Virus record (IMG/VR): IMGVR_UViG_3300010376_000089
Coordinates: 1-35,120 of that record
Length of the DNA stretch: 35,120 nucleotides
Direction: 5' to 3' (one strand)
Source of the DNA: a virus
Lineage: Duplodnaviria; Caudoviricetes
Position 1 is the first letter of the stretch, and each line of letters opens with the position of its first letter. Shown one piece after another: positions 33,834 through 35,120 of this stretch. The position numbers and the translations under genes are program-made. The notes under the pieces are model-generated. The model was given only the letters and a program-made list of their open reading frames with translations, ran no database searches and was not told the DNA's origin.

Positions 33834-34450
33834 CGATCTTCGGGAGCGAGTACATCTTCTACATCGAGCTCGGTCTCTTCGATCGTCTCTCCGTTCCTGT
33901 AGATGCCCTCACCGGCGAACCCGTTACCCATCTCGCCGAAGCGCAGCTTGAATTGGAGCTTCGGAAATTGGCCTGACACGTTAATCACGAATGGCACAGG
34001 TGGTGACCAGGCTGTGTCGAACTTGTAGAACGCCGCCTGATCAGCAATGGTTGCACCTTGAGACTCGACGCTGCTCTCGACATCTCCCTCTTCCCAGACA
34101 ATTGCGCCAGCCGGACCGTCGAAAGATGCATCCCACTTCGTGCCCCAATGGACCAGACGCCACTCATACCAGCCGGGGAAGTGCTCGCTCTGTTCACCGA
34201 TCTTGGCGAGCTCGTCTGCGGATGGCTCCGGCACGAACCTGGCGAAGCTCAGCGGTTGCAGCTTGACGCACGTCTGCACGTACTCCTCGTAGCTGAGATG
34301 CTCGGTAGCCATTTCAGTTCTCGAGGCGAACTCCTCTTCGGGGCAGTCCTTGCGAACTTCCTCCTCGGTGAGCGCTGCCTGCTCCACGAACCGCTTGAGC
34401 TCTTCCTCGTCACCGCTGACGATCAGAGTGCAGTGGCACCAGTTAGGCAC
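33824..34450 (-). CDS. DUF1281/Api92 (YubB)-like ferredoxin-fold protein
   Basis: MPNWC, WYEWR..HWGTKW and F.TAWSPP motifs. Confidence 0.88.
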   Translation of the reverse strand: MPNWCHCTLIVSGDEEELKRFVEQAALTEEEVRKDCPEEEFASRTEMATEHLSYEEYVQTCVKLQPLSFARFVPEPSADELAKIGEQSEHFPGWYEWRLVHWGTKWDASFDGPAGAIVWEEGDVESSVESQGATIADQAAFYKFDTAWSPPVPFVINVSGQFPKLQFKLRFGEMGNGFAGEGIYRNGETIEETELDVEDVLAPEDRWF

Positions 34451-34838
34451 GAGTCCAGCTCACTTTCTGCCTCGGCGTGGCTGATGCGACCATCTGCTGT
34501 AGAGCCGCCAATCTCCGGTCGCTTAAATATGGACTGATAAGAGAGATGAATTGATCGAACTCCGACCGTGCCTGCACTTCCCATCGATAGAGATCAAGCC
34601 GGTTTGGAGCTCGTATTTCGGTACGAATATGACCCAGACAATTTACGACCTGATAGAAAGTGTTAACTACGTCCTCGTCAGCCATTGCCAGGATGGCTCG
34701 AGGGTAGGAGTAGCGAGCACCTGACTTCGGTGAGCCATGCGCTGGCGTGAAGCAACCCTCACCCTCGAATAATCCTCCTGCCCAGGCCAGCTGCTGACCT
34801 CGACTCATCTGCAGGATCGCATTCGGCGTGGTCCTCAC
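34443..34838 (-). CDS. Free-standing LAGLIDADG-type homing endonuclease
   Basis: LAWAGGLFEGEGCF, M.DEDVV..F, YRW and ISPYLS.RR motifs; paralog of 6684..7154. Confidence 0.82.
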   Translation of the reverse strand: MRTTPNAILQMSRGQQLAWAGGLFEGEGCFTPAHGSPKSGARYSYPRAILAMADEDVVNTFYQVVNCLGHIRTEIRAPNRLDLYRWEVQARSEFDQFISLISPYLSDRRLAALQQMVASATPRQKVSWTRA

Positions 34839-35077
34839 CCCTTTTCTTTCTTGGCTCGCTTCATGAACACCGGCAGTGGCAGTGCTGCTTCGATGGCCCG
34901 CCAGGCACCTGTTCGCTCAGCTGCCCGCCTGGGATAACGATCCGGGATCTCTGCGCGCCAATCGTCCAGATGGAACCACTGGCGGCGCGTCATCACAATC
35001 ACAACCGGTTCATCGGCGTCAGCGCCCTCATAGACCCTGTCGTACTTGTTCTCCGTGCCGGGAGGATCGTTCGTCAT
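34835..35077 (-). CDS. Hypothetical protein
   Basis: TGATG coupling with a truncated upstream ORF. Confidence 0.65.
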   Translation of the reverse strand: MTNDPPGTENKYDRVYEGADADEPVVIVMTRRQWFHLDDWRAEIPDRYPRRAAERTGAWRAIEAALPLPVFMKRAKKEKG

Positions 35078-35120
35078 CAGTCACCCACCCAGCCATCATC
35101 GACCATGGCTTCCACGTCCT

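Noticed and set aside
1-35120. Apparent abundance of CTCGAG and GATC
   Set aside because: Plausibly explained by Leu-Glu/Ile codon usage in GC-rich genes; over-representation cannot be established without a Markov-model count.
1-35120. Integrase, att site, tail tape measure or endolysin
   Set aside because: No supporting motifs seen; presumably outside the window, so lifestyle and tail type cannot be called.

Overview
The window is a 35 kb piece of a GC-rich tailed (HK97-fold) phage genome. An actinobacterial-type host is likely, inferred from GC content, candidate leaderless promoters and signal-peptide style. There are three blocks. (1) 1-13.6 kb is a leftward late/packaging arm: DUF5131 protein, methyltransferase-like and glycosyltransferase-like genes, TerS, TerL, a free-standing LAGLIDADG endonuclease, basic small proteins, portal, prohead protease, major capsid and fibre-like genes. 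(2) 13.65-21.7 kb is a rightward cassette: a frameshifted giant collagen fibre, SAM methyltransferase, GT2 glycosyltransferase, an FN3/lectin-like protein, membrane proteins and a secreted collagen. (3) 22.1-35.1 kb is a leftward early/accessory arm: ArdA, GIY-YIG, DUF6011, a flavoprotein, DUF1281-like, a second LAGLIDADG and many small ORFs. The most striking unexplained structure is a module present three times: a (CCGAGT)n array, then 115-118 bp, then a TTGC-N16-TAT(A/C)AT promoter, then a first gene from what appears to be one helical paralog family. Also notable: five perfect copies of the 16-bp palindrome GTGCCAACGTTGGCAC, one of them at the divergent promoter; an endonuclease that took a neighbour's MPVSRY N-terminus and rebuilt it with an ATT start; 5-nt-periodic GG tracts; and a 10-bp-phased A-tract region at the convergence of transcription. 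All family calls come from motifs read by eye, with no database searches.
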